From: an uncultured virus (IMG/VR IMGVR_UViG_3300031133_000402)
Lineage: Duplodnaviria > Heunggongvirae > Uroviricota > Caudoviricetes
Strand: one strand, 5' to 3'
IMG/VR virus record: IMGVR_UViG_3300031133_000402
DNA: 64,000 nucleotides
In this document: positions 31,344 through 41,003 of the stretch, piece after piece
How positions within the stretch are numbered: the stretch's first letter is position 1
Layout: each line of letters begins with the position of its first letter
The notes under the pieces: generated by a model
Seen by the model: only the letters and a program-made list of their open reading frames with translations
Databases searched by the model: none
Told to the model about the DNA's origin: nothing
Translations under genes and position numbers: made by a program

Positions 31344-31574
31344 TCAGGCCGCCAGAGCCGCGATCTTGTCGGGGCGGAAGCCCGACCAGTGGTCGTCGCC
31401 GACGATGACGACGGGAGCCGAGCGGTGGCCCAGAGCCACGACGCGGTCGCGGGCGTCGACGTCCTGGCTGATGTCGACGATGTCGTAGACGATGCCGCGG
31501 GCGTCGAAGGCGCGCTTGGTCGCGGTGCACTGGACGCAGGCGGGCTTGCTGAACAGGGTGATGGTGGCGGTCAT
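31344..31574 (-). CDS. nrdH: NrdH redoxin
   Basis: KPACVQC, WSGFRPD. Confidence 0.96.
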   Translation of the reverse strand: MTATITLFSKPACVQCTATKRAFDARGIVYDIVDISQDVDARDRVVALGHRSAPVVIVGDDHWSGFRPDKIAALAA

Positions 31575-31624
31575 GGCGTTTCTCCGTTGTAGGATGGGAT
31601 TGTATCACCCGTATGGAGTATCAA

Positions 31625-31704
31625 CAACCATATCTTGTGGTCGTTCCGAAAAAAGAGCACAAGATGCATGATATTTCGGTGTTGACCGACGCCATATGCT
31701 GTGA
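31625..31704. promoter_or_regulatory. Tandem NrdR-like boxes upstream of nrdH
   Basis: CAACCATATCTTGTGG (31625), weaker GCACAAGATGCATGAT (31657) and ACGCCATATGCTGTGA (31689); 32-bp spacing; resembles acaCwAtATaTwGtg. Confidence 0.65.
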
Positions 31705-31931
31705 TCTCCGACGGATCGCGCCTAATCCCCCTCCGCATCCCGAAAACCATGCCTCCCAGGAAGAATGTGCGTTCCCCCGCACCTGTCCCCCGCCACCCAC
31801 GAGGTTTCCCTTCGCGGGCGGCGGGTATCCGTCGGCGTCGGCCGGCCTTCGGCAGCCGACGCTCATGTCTCTTTTTCCCCCGACCGATCGGGTCCGTCAC
31901 GCCGCATCCGTCGTCTCGACCCGGTCAGGCC

Positions 31932-32738
31932 CTACACCAGATGTTGTAGCGGCACGGGATCCGGCACCGGTCTCATCGCGTAGTGCATGACGCCGTCCAC
32001 CTCGACGGACAGCACGGTCTGCACGGGGCGCGCGTCGAGCGGCGTTCCGGTGGAGACCAGCGCGTCGACGCGTCGCCCGCTCATCGCCGCCAGCATGGTC
32101 TCGGGGATGGGGTCGCCGCGGAAGGTGAGCTGGAAGCCGTCGTACACCAGCGTCTCGTCCTCCGCGCCCAACTGGACCTTCCAGCCGACTTCGCGCAGAC
32201 CCGTCGAGGGGTGCTCGTGGAGCCTCGCGTCGTCCCCCGTCAGCCACGCGTCGAAGGAGTGCCGCGACAGCGAGCCCCTGTGCGCCCGGTGCACCATGGT
32301 TCGCGCCACGGCGATGACGTCCTTGCCGTCGTCGCGTGCCATGGCGGCCAGCGTGGCGTCGACGTGCAGGTGGTCGATGCGCGCCGCGGTCGGGTCGAGC
32401 GGCTTCCTCGTTCCCATGGTGGCGGCGCTCAACGACCTGCCGTCGAGGACCCGCGCGATGGTCGAGAACCACCGCGCCATTTCGACGAATGCATCACCTG
32501 CGCCGGTGTGCTCGTACCGTTCGAACATGTCGAGTGCATGCAGCGTCGGCGACCAGCTGATCAGCCCCACCGCCATCATCGAGGGATGCACGGTGACGAA
32601 GACGTTGGTGACGCCGGGGATGCCCCTCAGGATGGCGGACGCCTGGGCGTCGAGATGCGATGCGCGCTGGCCGACGGTCTTCGACGACATCGACCGCATC
32701 TCGTCCGTGAGCGTTCGCGTGGAGTCGCGCACGCTCAC
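31932..32738 (-). CDS. PET-GR-L paralog family member, long type
   Basis: SWSPTLH, HLHVDATL, IPETMLAAMSGRRVDALV. Confidence 0.85.
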   Translation of the reverse strand: MSVRDSTRTLTDEMRSMSSKTVGQRASHLDAQASAILRGIPGVTNVFVTVHPSMMAVGLISWSPTLHALDMFERYEHTGAGDAFVEMARWFSTIARVLDGRSLSAATMGTRKPLDPTAARIDHLHVDATLAAMARDDGKDVIAVARTMVHRAHRGSLSRHSFDAWLTGDDARLHEHPSTGLREVGWKVQLGAEDETLVYDGFQLTFRGDPIPETMLAAMSGRRVDALVSTGTPLDARPVQTVLSVEVDGVMHYAMRPVPDPVPLQHLV

Positions 32739-33592
32739 TTGAACGTCGGCCAGTCGAGGTCGGCGAGCTTGACCAGATCGGGTTCGAACGTCGCCGTGTA
32801 GAGCGTCTGCCCGCCGCCGAGGTCGTCGCGGTAGAGGTCGCGCACGATGCGGTCGTCGAGCGCCCGGTGCACGAGCGCCAGATCGCGCAGCGGCCGTCCC
32901 GGCATCGCGGCGGTGAGCATCTCGGGCAGGGGTCCGGCCTTCAGGCTCAGCACCGCGCCATCGTACGTCGGGCCATCGGAATTGGTGATCGACCAGGTCC
33001 AGCCGACCTCGCGCCGGAAGCCCTCGTCATACCGCCGTTCCACGATGCGCGCGCGGAGGGTGCCCATGTGGCTTACGCAGCTGGCGCCACCGCCTGAAGG
33101 CTTGTGCACGTCGCGGATGGCGCTCCGCGCGCCGTTGCGGCAGGAGTCCGGCACGACGATCATGCCCGCGAGAGCGCGGTCGACGTACAGGTGCGATACG
33201 TCCGGCCCGTCCCGCATCTCCATCGGCTTGGTGGCGCCGTGCCTAGCCCCGTCGTCGGCCCTCGTCGCCAGCCGTCCGATCACGTCCGCCACCCGTGGAA
33301 TCGCGGCCTGGACGGAGGCGTCGTCGATCGCCGCCCCCAGCCCCACGACGTGCGACATGGACACGAAGTGCAGCGTCGGCGACCAGCCGTCGATCGCGAT
33401 GGTCATCGTCCGGTCCGCGATGCGCGTCATGCCGCGCGAGTAGGTGATGTGCATCTTCGACAGGCCCGGCACCGCGTGCAGCGCCGTGATCAGGTTGCGC
33501 CGCAGAACGTCCTGCGCGGCGGTCCTGTCCGATGCGATGTCCGCCTCCATGGCCGCCAGGAATGCGATGGCGGTGGGATGGGAGGCCGGCAT
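32735..33592 (-). CDS. PET-GR-L paralog family member, long type
   Basis: GWSPTLH, HLYVDRAL, LPEMLTAAMPGRPLRDL..HRALDDRIV...FEPD. Confidence 0.85.
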   Translation of the reverse strand: MPASHPTAIAFLAAMEADIASDRTAAQDVLRRNLITALHAVPGLSKMHITYSRGMTRIADRTMTIAIDGWSPTLHFVSMSHVVGLGAAIDDASVQAAIPRVADVIGRLATRADDGARHGATKPMEMRDGPDVSHLYVDRALAGMIVVPDSCRNGARSAIRDVHKPSGGGASCVSHMGTLRARIVERRYDEGFRREVGWTWSITNSDGPTYDGAVLSLKAGPLPEMLTAAMPGRPLRDLALVHRALDDRIVRDLYRDDLGGGQTLYTATFEPDLVKLADLDWPTFK

Positions 33593-33614
33593 GGCGTGGT
33601 CCTTTCGCGGTTGT

Positions 33615-33851
33615 CTAGGCGGCGATCTTGAGCTTCGCCGGCTCCTCGGAGGCGCGTAGGTCGGCGGCGGTGTGTCCCGCCTGCATGTGCGTGCGCACCA
33701 GCTCCTCGACGCAGACGGTCATGTCCGCGACCTGGTACTGGCGCGACTGCGTGCCGGGCTTCGGCAGGTAGCGGCCGTACAGCCACTTGGAGGCGACGGC
33801 GTGGCGCAGCGCGGCGAGCTCGTCGACGGTGTAGGTGCGCGCGACGCTCAT
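33615..33851 (-). CDS. Small hypothetical protein
   Basis: ATGA coupled; MSVARTY... Confidence 0.65.
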   Translation of the reverse strand: MSVARTYTVDELAALRHAVASKWLYGRYLPKPGTQSRQYQVADMTVCVEELVRTHMQAGHTAADLRASEEPAKLKIAA

Positions 33852-34006
33852 GCCGGAGCCTTCAGGCCGAGCTGCTCGGTGAGCATGCGGTAGACGACGC
33901 ATGCCTCCGTCGTCGTGAGCGCGACGTCGGGTCCGAAGGGTCCGTCGTCCATGCCTGCCTTCAGCTTGACGAGGGCGTCGTTCATGGTCTGCTTGAGGTC
34001 GTCCAT
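33848..34006 (-). CDS. Small hypothetical protein
   Basis: AGGAGAAAAGAC RBS. Confidence 0.65.
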   Translation of the reverse strand: MDDLKQTMNDALVKLKAGMDDGPFGPDVALTTTEACVVYRMLTEQLGLKAPA

Positions 34007-34032
34007 GTCTTTTCTCCTGTGCGTCGGGGGTC

Positions 34033-34281
34033 TCAGGCTGCGATCGCCGCTTCCACTTCGCGCATGATGCGCTTGACCGACGACTTGTCGACCGGTCGGG
34101 TGTTGGGCATCGACGGATCGCCGCCGACGATCTGGTAGATGTTCGTCACCTTCCGCGTCGCGACGTCGATGAAGTACTGGTACGACTTGCCGCCCGCGCG
34201 CCGGTCTCGGACCGTGCCGCGCATGCTGCCGGGCATGCACATGTCCGTGGTGGGCTTCGAGACTTCGAACTTGTCTGCCAT
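34033..34281 (-). CDS. Small hypothetical protein
   Basis: AGGAG RBS. Confidence 0.7.
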   Translation of the reverse strand: MADKFEVSKPTTDMCMPGSMRGTVRDRRAGGKSYQYFIDVATRKVTNIYQIVGGDPSMPNTRPVDKSSVKRIMREVEAAIAA

Positions 34282-34290
34282 GTGCGGCTC

Positions 34291-34788
34291 CTACTGGATG
34301 GTCGTGACGTCGGCGGGCATGCCATCAGCCGGGATGAAGTCGGCGACCTTTTTCCCGTACACCTCGAAGGTGCCGTCCATCAGCCGATCGTAGATCTGCT
34401 CGGAGGTCAGACCTCGCGCCTCCGGGAGGGCCAGGCCGTCGGATGCCGGAGGACGGTCCGTGAAGCCGCCGTCCTCGAGCTGCTGGTGGATCGCCATGTT
34501 GCAGGCCAGCTGCCATACCGCCGGCACACGGTCGCCGAGGCGGTCGGCCGACAGGTTGATGGTCATCATGGCGGCGAAGCCGAGCACGTAGACGCGCTGC
34601 TCCTCGGTGTGGGCGTCCATGAACTCCGGATTGAGCACCAGCGTGCGCCCGTCCAGCGTGATCGATCCGCTCCGCGTAGCGTCCTCCACGGCGGGCACCC
34701 GCGCCAGATGGTCGGCTAGGAGTGCGTGCGAGGCGCCGAGCGCCTGCATGGCGGAGGCGGTCGTGGGGAGTGTGGCGAGCGTCTGCAT
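34291..34788 (-). CDS. DUF2201-N-like putative metallopeptidase domain, HEXXH lost
   Basis: LDGRTLVLNPEF...WQLACNMAI...GLTSEQIYD; FAAMM where HExxH is expected. Confidence 0.65.
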   Translation of the reverse strand: MQTLATLPTTASAMQALGASHALLADHLARVPAVEDATRSGSITLDGRTLVLNPEFMDAHTEEQRVYVLGFAAMMTINLSADRLGDRVPAVWQLACNMAIHQQLEDGGFTDRPPASDGLALPEARGLTSEQIYDRLMDGTFEVYGKKVADFIPADGMPADVTTIQ

Positions 34789-34841
34789 GGAATGGTCCTC
34801 GTGTGGTCTGCGTGGTTGGATGCGTCGTGTTGTCGGGTGCG

Positions 34842-35642
34842 TCAGCGCGCGTAGGAGCCGAACGGCGTGCCCACGACCGGTTCGTCGCGGATGTCGAAGA
34901 ACTCGCCCGACGGCGGCAGGCGGAACGTCTGCGTGCCGGTGATCAGGTTGGCGATGGTCAGTCGCCCGTCCTCGCCGTCGCCGGTGCTCACGCCGACGAA
35001 GCTGCCGGAATCGATGAAGTAGACGTTGCCGAGGCGCGTCGGACCCTCGACGATGGTGTGACCGCAGAAGACGCGGTCGACGCCGCGCACGCCCGCGTCG
35101 ATGCCGTGCTCGATGCGGGTGCGGCCCCACAGGGCCGACTTGGTCGTGTGCTTCTCGCCGGCCTCGATCGCCGTGGTGAACGTCCCCCAGTCCATGTCGT
35201 GTGGGACTTCGCCGTGGACCAGACCCACCAGCCCGCGCGTCGTCTCGATCTCCATGGCTATGGGCAGGTCGCGGAAGGCGGCGATGAGCGCGAGGCGCTC
35301 GTCCTTGGGCACGTCCATCCACCACGACATGCCGTTGCGGCGCGTCCAGTGGCGCAGCAGATCCTCGTCGGGATCGGCGACGTGATCGTAGATCTCGAGG
35401 AACATGTCCTCGTGATTGCCTCTTAGGGCGTGGATGCGCGGATTGCGCATGAAGGCGAGCGCGCGCCGCGATTCCGGACCGCGGTCGACGAGGTCGCCCA
35501 CCGAGAACAGGCGATCGCGGCGCCAGTCGAAGTGCACGCCCTGCAGGGCTGCGGCGACGACCGAGAAGGTGCCGTGCGCGTCGCCCATGACGAAGTCGCG
35601 GCCGGTGGTGTTCAGAGGGTGGCGTACGACGCGCATGGGCAT
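34842..35642 (-). CDS. PPP-family Ser/Thr protein phosphatase (lambda NinI/PphA-like)
   Basis: GDAHG, GDLVDRG, GNHE, VHG, GHT, IDSG. Confidence 0.92.
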   Translation of the reverse strand: MPMRVVRHPLNTTGRDFVMGDAHGTFSVVAAALQGVHFDWRRDRLFSVGDLVDRGPESRRALAFMRNPRIHALRGNHEDMFLEIYDHVADPDEDLLRHWTRRNGMSWWMDVPKDERLALIAAFRDLPIAMEIETTRGLVGLVHGEVPHDMDWGTFTTAIEAGEKHTTKSALWGRTRIEHGIDAGVRGVDRVFCGHTIVEGPTRLGNVYFIDSGSFVGVSTGDGEDGRLTIANLITGTQTFRLPPSGEFFDIRDEPVVGTPFGSYAR

Positions 35643-35662
35643 TGGTCCTGAGGTTGAAGTGA

Positions 35663-36505
35663 TCAAAGGGGAGCCGATCCTCGCGGCATCGGCGGAAGCA
35701 GGTCGTCAAGCCTTTTCCAGGCAGGTTCCAGCATCATGAGGCTTGCTCCGTCATCCGTGACGTCCGCCTCCACGCCGGTGACGATGCGGTGTCCGACCGG
35801 AGTCTCGGCCAGGACGTCGCCCAAGGGGCGACCGATGCATGCGGTCTTCACGGTGTCTGGCAGCGCATGGACCACTCTTACGACCGGCCCCGCCCAGAGA
35901 TAGCCCTTTCCGTCCTCGACCCGCAGATCGGTCGGATGCTGCTCGACGAGATCGTAGGTCACGTGGAGATGGTCCAGGAGGACGTGGATCATGCCCCTGT
36001 CCCCCCAGGCGTGCGGTGTCTTCTCCAGATGCTCGCGTCGTCGCTTCAGCGCGTCCTGGATCCAGTTCCTCGCAGCCCCCGGCGACCCCGCCCATGCGAT
36101 GATCGCGGCGATGGCGTCGCGATCGGCCACGAGGTGCGCGGTCGATTCGAGCGCTGCGCCGTGCAGGGGCTCCGTCAGCCCTGCATCATGCCCCGCCTTC
36201 ACGATTTCCGTGTCGCGCGCGACCATCTCCTCGACCAGACCGAGCCCATCCGCGGTGGAGATCCGCACCGTCTGCGTGGTGTCGTAGCCGGTCAGCAGAT
36301 GGACGCGCTGCCGCTCGAGACCCGGCCCCCAACCGTAGCCGGTGACGGAGACGGGCACCGCATCCGGCCCGAGCCGGCCGAGGTTGACGGGTGCACCCGT
36401 GCGCGTGGTCGTCGTCACGCTGATGGCGTCGATAGTCATCAGCGGGGAAAGCACTCTCGTCAATTCCCGCTCGAGATCGGCCAGATGCTCATTGGTGCCG
36501 TCCAT
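35663..36505 (-). CDS. PET-GR-L paralog family member, long type, divergent
   Basis: GWGPGL, HLVADRDA, LPDTVKTACIGRPLGDVL...RIV...EP. Confidence 0.8.
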   Translation of the reverse strand: MDGTNEHLADLERELTRVLSPLMTIDAISVTTTTRTGAPVNLGRLGPDAVPVSVTGYGWGPGLERQRVHLLTGYDTTQTVRISTADGLGLVEEMVARDTEIVKAGHDAGLTEPLHGAALESTAHLVADRDAIAAIIAWAGSPGAARNWIQDALKRRREHLEKTPHAWGDRGMIHVLLDHLHVTYDLVEQHPTDLRVEDGKGYLWAGPVVRVVHALPDTVKTACIGRPLGDVLAETPVGHRIVTGVEADVTDDGASLMMLEPAWKRLDDLLPPMPRGSAPL

Positions 36506-36552
36506 GCGTGTCCGATCCTGTTCTTCGCGTGCTGGTGGTCGGGGCCGCGTCT

Positions 36553-36780
36553 TTAGACGGCCTGCGCATCGCCGTGGATGGCGCGCGGCAGCGCCGGCTG
36601 GTTGTCGTGGTCGTCGAAGCGGCCGGCGATGATCCCGGCGCGCAGCCGGCGCGCATGGTCCATCATGGTGTGTCGTTCGCCCTGCGACATGTCGGCCAGC
36701 AGCGCGTTGGCCCGGGCGGCGTCGCCGTCCATGACGGCCAGCAGCAGGTGGCATTCGGCGTAGGTGTCGGGATTGCTCAT
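36553..36780 (-). CDS. Small hypothetical protein
   Basis: ATGA coupled, GAGG RBS. Confidence 0.6.
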   Translation of the reverse strand: MSNPDTYAECHLLLAVMDGDAARANALLADMSQGERHTMMDHARRLRAGIIAGRFDDHDNQPALPRAIHGDAQAV

Positions 36781-37406
36781 GGTCGTCCTCGCGTTCGTCG
36801 TTCGGGATAATGGCGCACCGCGACGATCTCGTCGAGACGCACGCCGTCGATGCAGGCCTGGAGCGGCATGCGCCGCCTGTCGCCCCACCACTGGTGGTCG
36901 GCGGGTGCGAGCGGATCGAACACGCGGTCCCAGGTCGGGATCATCTCCGCCTCGTACGCCGTCCGGTCCTCGTCGCCGGGGCGGGGATGACGCGTCCAGC
37001 TGTCGTCGTGCAGATCGTGCTCGGTCTCGTCGAGGAAGACCGGATGATCGTTCAGCACCGCGTGCCACATGTCGAGATCGCTGATCAGCAGCCGTCCGCG
37101 CGGCACCATCGCCGTGATGCGGACGGTGGCGGCACCCTCCCGCCATTTTTCCCGACCGTCGATGCGTCGCAGCCAGCCCCACACCGGAAGATCGCCGCTG
37201 TGTCCCGGCATGAGATCGGCCATCCTCCCGCGCATCCACTCGTAGGCCTCGGGATACTGCGCATCGGCGGGGCTGCCGCGCAGCGTGCCGTCGGCGCGCG
37301 CCTTCTCGAGCGCGGCCGGATGCTGGAACGTGTGGATGCGCACGGGCGCGTGCGCCGGCAGCGCCAGCAGCCGGGCGAGCTGCGCGCGTGTCGTGGACCG
37401 GATCAA
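36777..37406 (-). CDS. DUF3841-like protein
   Basis: AYEWM...PVWGW...LLISDLDMWHAVLN...QAC. Confidence 0.7.
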   Translation of the reverse strand: MIRSTTRAQLARLLALPAHAPVRIHTFQHPAALEKARADGTLRGSPADAQYPEAYEWMRGRMADLMPGHSGDLPVWGWLRRIDGREKWREGAATVRITAMVPRGRLLISDLDMWHAVLNDHPVFLDETEHDLHDDSWTRHPRPGDEDRTAYEAEMIPTWDRVFDPLAPADHQWWGDRRRMPLQACIDGVRLDEIVAVRHYPERRTRGRP

Positions 37407-37455
37407 GGGCGTCTCCGAATGGTGAGGGATGACGGGGAGGCAGGCGTGCGCCGGC

Positions 37456-38067
37456 TCAGCGGGTGCGAGTATGCCGCAGGTTCCAGGCGCGGTCCATCTC
37501 GTGTCTGGTCTGCGCGCGGGCGTGCGTCGACAGGATGAGCGAGTTGGTGTCGGGTGCGTCCGATTCCGACTCGACCCACATGATCGAGGCGCGCAGGCCG
37601 TCGAGCGCCGGGTGTGACAGCACGCGCTCGAGCGGAACCTCCTCGAGGTCGTCGACGTCGTCCGTGGGAAGCGCGGCGAGCATGGTCTCGGGAAGGGCCG
37701 GGATGCGCAGCCGCGAGCCGTTCCAGTGCAGACCGTCGACCGACAGGCGCACGAACGGCGGCGTGTCCATCAGGATCTCGCCCACGACCTCGCCGTCGTC
37801 CGTCTCCAGACCGATGCCGTTGGCGGCCGAAGCCAGCGCGGCGGCGGCCGCCGGATGCACCCCGAGATGAACCAGGATGGCGACGCCGATCTCGTCGACC
37901 GGCAGCAGGGTCGCGTCCTGCGGGACCGGACGGCTTCCCGCCAGCATGTCCCGCGCGACGGCGAGCACGTTGTCGACCGCGGTGCAGCCGAGGTCGAGGG
38001 GGTCCTTCCACTGGCGCACGTCGGAGCCCAGACGATCGGCGTCGTCCCTCTGGATGCTGATGCGCAT
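37456..38067 (-). CDS. PET-GR-L paralog family member, short type
   Basis: LGVHPAAAAAL; LPETMLAAL...PLERVLSHPALD. Confidence 0.85.
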   Translation of the reverse strand: MRISIQRDDADRLGSDVRQWKDPLDLGCTAVDNVLAVARDMLAGSRPVPQDATLLPVDEIGVAILVHLGVHPAAAAALASAANGIGLETDDGEVVGEILMDTPPFVRLSVDGLHWNGSRLRIPALPETMLAALPTDDVDDLEEVPLERVLSHPALDGLRASIMWVESESDAPDTNSLILSTHARAQTRHEMDRAWNLRHTRTR

Positions 38068-38082
38068 GAACCGATGTCCTTC

Positions 38083-38562
38083 CTACATGCCGATGCTGAT
38101 CCGGCGGCAGCCGAAGCGTTCGAACGCGATGTTGAGATGTCTGAGCGTGAGGCCGCTGTCCGGATCGACGTGCACGAGATTGGGCGCGTCGCAGTAGACA
38201 ACGTCGTCGTAGCCGACCCAGTCCACGACCTCCGGATGGCGCGCGAGCCAGTCGAAGGCGGCGGCCTTGCGGTCCAGTCGCGGATAGGCTGTCAGAGGCT
38301 CGGTCGGATGGAAGTGGTCGGGATCGACCCCGTGGGCGATCATCGCGTCGACGATGTCCGGCGCCTCGGGCATCGGGTCGTTGTGGGTGGAGTTGATCAC
38401 GATGCGCGCACCCGACCGTTCGCACAGCAGGGAGATCACCCTTATCGTGGTCGCCGGGAAGGTGCGGTCCCAGGCCGCCATCGGATCGCACAGCACGTGC
38501 GTGGACGGGATCATCGGTCCGTCGATGTCGAGGATCACGACCCGGGTGGGCAGGTCCGTCAT
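38083..38562 (-). CDS. HAD-superfamily protein (Swiss Army Knife RNA-repair-like HAD)
   Basis: VILDIDGP, IVINST, YDD, VDP..GLT. Confidence 0.8.
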   Translation of the reverse strand: MTDLPTRVVILDIDGPMIPSTHVLCDPMAAWDRTFPATTIRVISLLCERSGARIVINSTHNDPMPEAPDIVDAMIAHGVDPDHFHPTEPLTAYPRLDRKAAAFDWLARHPEVVDWVGYDDVVYCDAPNLVHVDPDSGLTLRHLNIAFERFGCRRISIGM

Positions 38563-38837
38563 TCCGGCGCGTTCACGAGGAAGAGGGGATCCGTCGCGGT
38601 GCCATCGCCGATCACGCCGTCCGCGTCGACGGTCCAGAGGAATTCCTCGGGGCCGAAGAAGCCGTTCTTGTGGACGGCGACGACCGTCGAGAAGCCGGCG
38701 GGACAGATGCGGTCGGTGGCGAGAACCCGGATTCCCAGCACCCCCTCGTAGGGACGCGTGCGGGTCCTGGGCGTGATGCGCTTGGCGTTGCGCGGCGCAT
38801 GCACGATGGCGAGCGGCTTGGAGGGATCGAATGTCAT
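38559..38837 (-). CDS. Hypothetical protein
   Basis: GAGG RBS; MTFDPSKP; ATGA coupled. Confidence 0.65.
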   Translation of the reverse strand: MTFDPSKPLAIVHAPRNAKRITPRTRTRPYEGVLGIRVLATDRICPAGFSTVVAVHKNGFFGPEEFLWTVDADGVIGDGTATDPLFLVNAPE

Positions 38838-38901
38838 GTCGGCTTCCTCGAGGCGTGGCGGGAATGCGGGGTCCGGACGGGCGCGTCCGTCCGGCATGGC
38901 G

Positions 38902-39081
38902 TCACCGGCGGGAGGCGCCCGGGAAGCAGGACGTCTTGGCGAGCGGCGCGTCGCCGAAGTGCGTCTTGGCCAGCTCGCGCATCATGGGCGTCGTGACCGG
39001 CTGGCCGTCGATCTCGAGGATGCGCAGCGGCAGCGGGAACGTGCCCGGAACGGATGCGGGATTCTCGGGGGGCTTTGTCAT
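38902..39081 (-). CDS. Small hypothetical protein
   Basis: ATGA coupled. Confidence 0.5.
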   Translation of the reverse strand: MTKPPENPASVPGTFPLPLRILEIDGQPVTTPMMRELAKTHFGDAPLAKTSCFPGASRR

Positions 39082-39587
39082 GCGGCGAGCCTTCGTTGGA
39101 GGTCGGGTGAGGTGGATGATGCCGCGTCGGCACGCCCCGACAGGGCTCGCATGCGCTGCGTGTTGCTGGCGACGGCGTGCGCGGCCCAGAGCCCGCGCTG
39201 CACCGGATCCATGGCGCGCCAGCGACCCTTGATGCGGATGGCCTCGACCCCGCCGAGCGATTCGACGATCTCGATGGCGCGCCCCGCCATCTCCTCGCAG
39301 TCGATCATCGCCTGCGCGGCGTCGCGGTCGTCGAGGAAGGATGCCAGTTCGGCGACGTCGCCGAGCACGGGCGCCAGACGCACGAGGCAGCCGCCGGTCA
39401 CCTCCTCGAGGACCTCGAGCACGGCCATGGTGCCGTCGGACACGGTGACCAGGCCCGCGGGATCGTACGACAATTCGTAGGGCGTCCCGTCGAGATGCGT
39501 CCTGAGGTTGGCGAAGGCGTCCGCCAGCGTCGCGCCGTCGAGCGGCACGAGGTGGATCTGGTCGAGTTCGCCGATTGGTCTTGCCAT
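39078..39587 (-). CDS. Hypothetical protein
   Basis: AGGA RBS; MARPIGE. Confidence 0.7.
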   Translation of the reverse strand: MARPIGELDQIHLVPLDGATLADAFANLRTHLDGTPYELSYDPAGLVTVSDGTMAVLEVLEEVTGGCLVRLAPVLGDVAELASFLDDRDAAQAMIDCEEMAGRAIEIVESLGGVEAIRIKGRWRAMDPVQRGLWAAHAVASNTQRMRALSGRADAASSTSPDLQRRLAA

Positions 39588-39624
39588 GTCTAGACTTCCT
39601 TTTCCTGTCCGCCACCGCATTCGG

Positions 39625-40290
39625 TCAGTTGACGATGGTGATGTCCCTGAACGCCCAGGTCGTCCCCGGGCAGTTCGCCGCCCATGTCGGCACGGGCGCG
39701 GTCGGCACCCATGGTGCCGGTTCGAGATGAAGGGCGGTGTATCTCTCGTCGCGGTGCACCGTCCCGATGCGCAATGCGCGGCACGCCTCGGCGAGGTCGG
39801 CGCGCGCCGGCGGAAGCTCGATCAGCTGGTGCAGCGGCATGCCTTCCAGATCGCCTAGCGTCTCGGGCAGCGCGAACGGCACCTCGACGATCGTCGGCAT
39901 GTCGTGCACCGTGTCCACCCAGTACGCGATCTGCGACACGTCGCCGGCATCGATGCCCTTGCCCGCCTGCGGTCCCTGTTCGCAGGAGGCCTTCGGCATC
40001 GCGAGACCGTTCATGCAGGCGACGGCCGCCGACCAGGTGACGGTCGAACCGGCACTCGCGTCGCTGCGGTCGGAGAACGGGTCGCTCGACCACCATCCGC
40101 CGGGGGCGCGGTGCTCGAGGACCGCGAGCGCCAGCGGATGGCATATCCCCGTCCACAGCACGTCGACCATGCGCTTGCTGTGGACGGGGAGCGAGGGCCC
40201 CGGCGCGTTCGTGCGCCAGAGCGTCACCTCGCGCTGGCGAAGCGCCTCCCGTCTGAGAAGCGCATCCAGTCGACCCTCGTCGGCGCTCAC
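39625..40290 (-). CDS. PET-GR-L paralog family member, divergent
   Basis: GICHPLALAVL; LPETLGDLEGMPLHQLI...LEP; GTGA coupled. Confidence 0.7.
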   Translation of the reverse strand: MSADEGRLDALLRREALRQREVTLWRTNAPGPSLPVHSKRMVDVLWTGICHPLALAVLEHRAPGGWWSSDPFSDRSDASAGSTVTWSAAVACMNGLAMPKASCEQGPQAGKGIDAGDVSQIAYWVDTVHDMPTIVEVPFALPETLGDLEGMPLHQLIELPPARADLAEACRALRIGTVHRDERYTALHLEPAPWVPTAPVPTWAANCPGTTWAFRDITIVN

Positions 40291-40949
40291 GCCGCCTTCT
40301 TGTAGGCGCCCGACATGAACGCGCCGGCCACCACCTCGTCGAAGCGGTCGAGGATCGCCTGCATCAGGGGCTCGTGGCCCTCGATGGCGTAGTAGCGCGT
40401 GCACAGGTCGCCGTAGGGGTCGCCGTGGAAGTCGCCGTCGTCCTCCTCGTCGTCGCAGTAGCCGCGGTACGAGCCGCGCTTGGGAGCGCGCTCGCTCTCG
40501 CTGCGGTCCGCGAACGTCTGCACGATGGCCAGAACCTCGGCGGCGTCGGCGATGCCGACATCGGCCGCGCCCTTGAACAGGGCGATGACGGCCTCGACGG
40601 AGGCGGCGTACCCGTTGTCGAGGTACTGGCTGAATCCGCCATTGTTGACTTGGTAGTTGAAGTTGCCGAGAACCACCGCGGCGTTCACCTTGGGCGGCAT
40701 CACGGCCGCGATCTCCGCCTGGCGCGGATCGCGCATGAACACGTAGGTGTCGGTGTCGACGTCGAATGGGAAGTGGGTGATGTCGACGCCTGCGTCTTCG
40801 GCTGCCTTGCGCACCCTGTCGTTGTTCTGCGTCACCTGCGCGGACATCTGCTTCCAGTAGTCGTAGAACAGGTTCATCAGTGCCTGATGGTCGTTCGGCA
40901 GCGGGTTCGGCAGCGTCGGCTGCGTCAGGGGGACCGTGGTCAGTTCCAT
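40287..40949 (-). CDS. DUF4375/DMP19-like protein
   Basis: NYQVNNGGFSQYLDN; acidic tract; L.TRYY. Confidence 0.7.
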   Translation of the reverse strand: MELTTVPLTQPTLPNPLPNDHQALMNLFYDYWKQMSAQVTQNNDRVRKAAEDAGVDITHFPFDVDTDTYVFMRDPRQAEIAAVMPPKVNAAVVLGNFNYQVNNGGFSQYLDNGYAASVEAVIALFKGAADVGIADAAEVLAIVQTFADRSESERAPKRGSYRGYCDDEEDDGDFHGDPYGDLCTRYYAIEGHEPLMQAILDRFDEVVAGAFMSGAYKKAA

Positions 40950-40976
40950 GATGTTTTCGGCTATTCGGATTTGAGT

Positions 40977-41003
40977 GTGAAATCAGCTTGCGCTGATTTT
41001 CAC
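40977..41003 (-). repeat. Subterminal GCAA-tetraloop hairpin at the 3' end of element 2
   Basis: Minus strand GTGAAAATCAGC-GCAA-GCTGATTTCAC. Confidence 0.65.

Noticed and set aside
31700..31900. Cobalamin riboswitch upstream of the nrd operon
   Set aside because: Hairpins are present but I could not find the B12-box or core consensus
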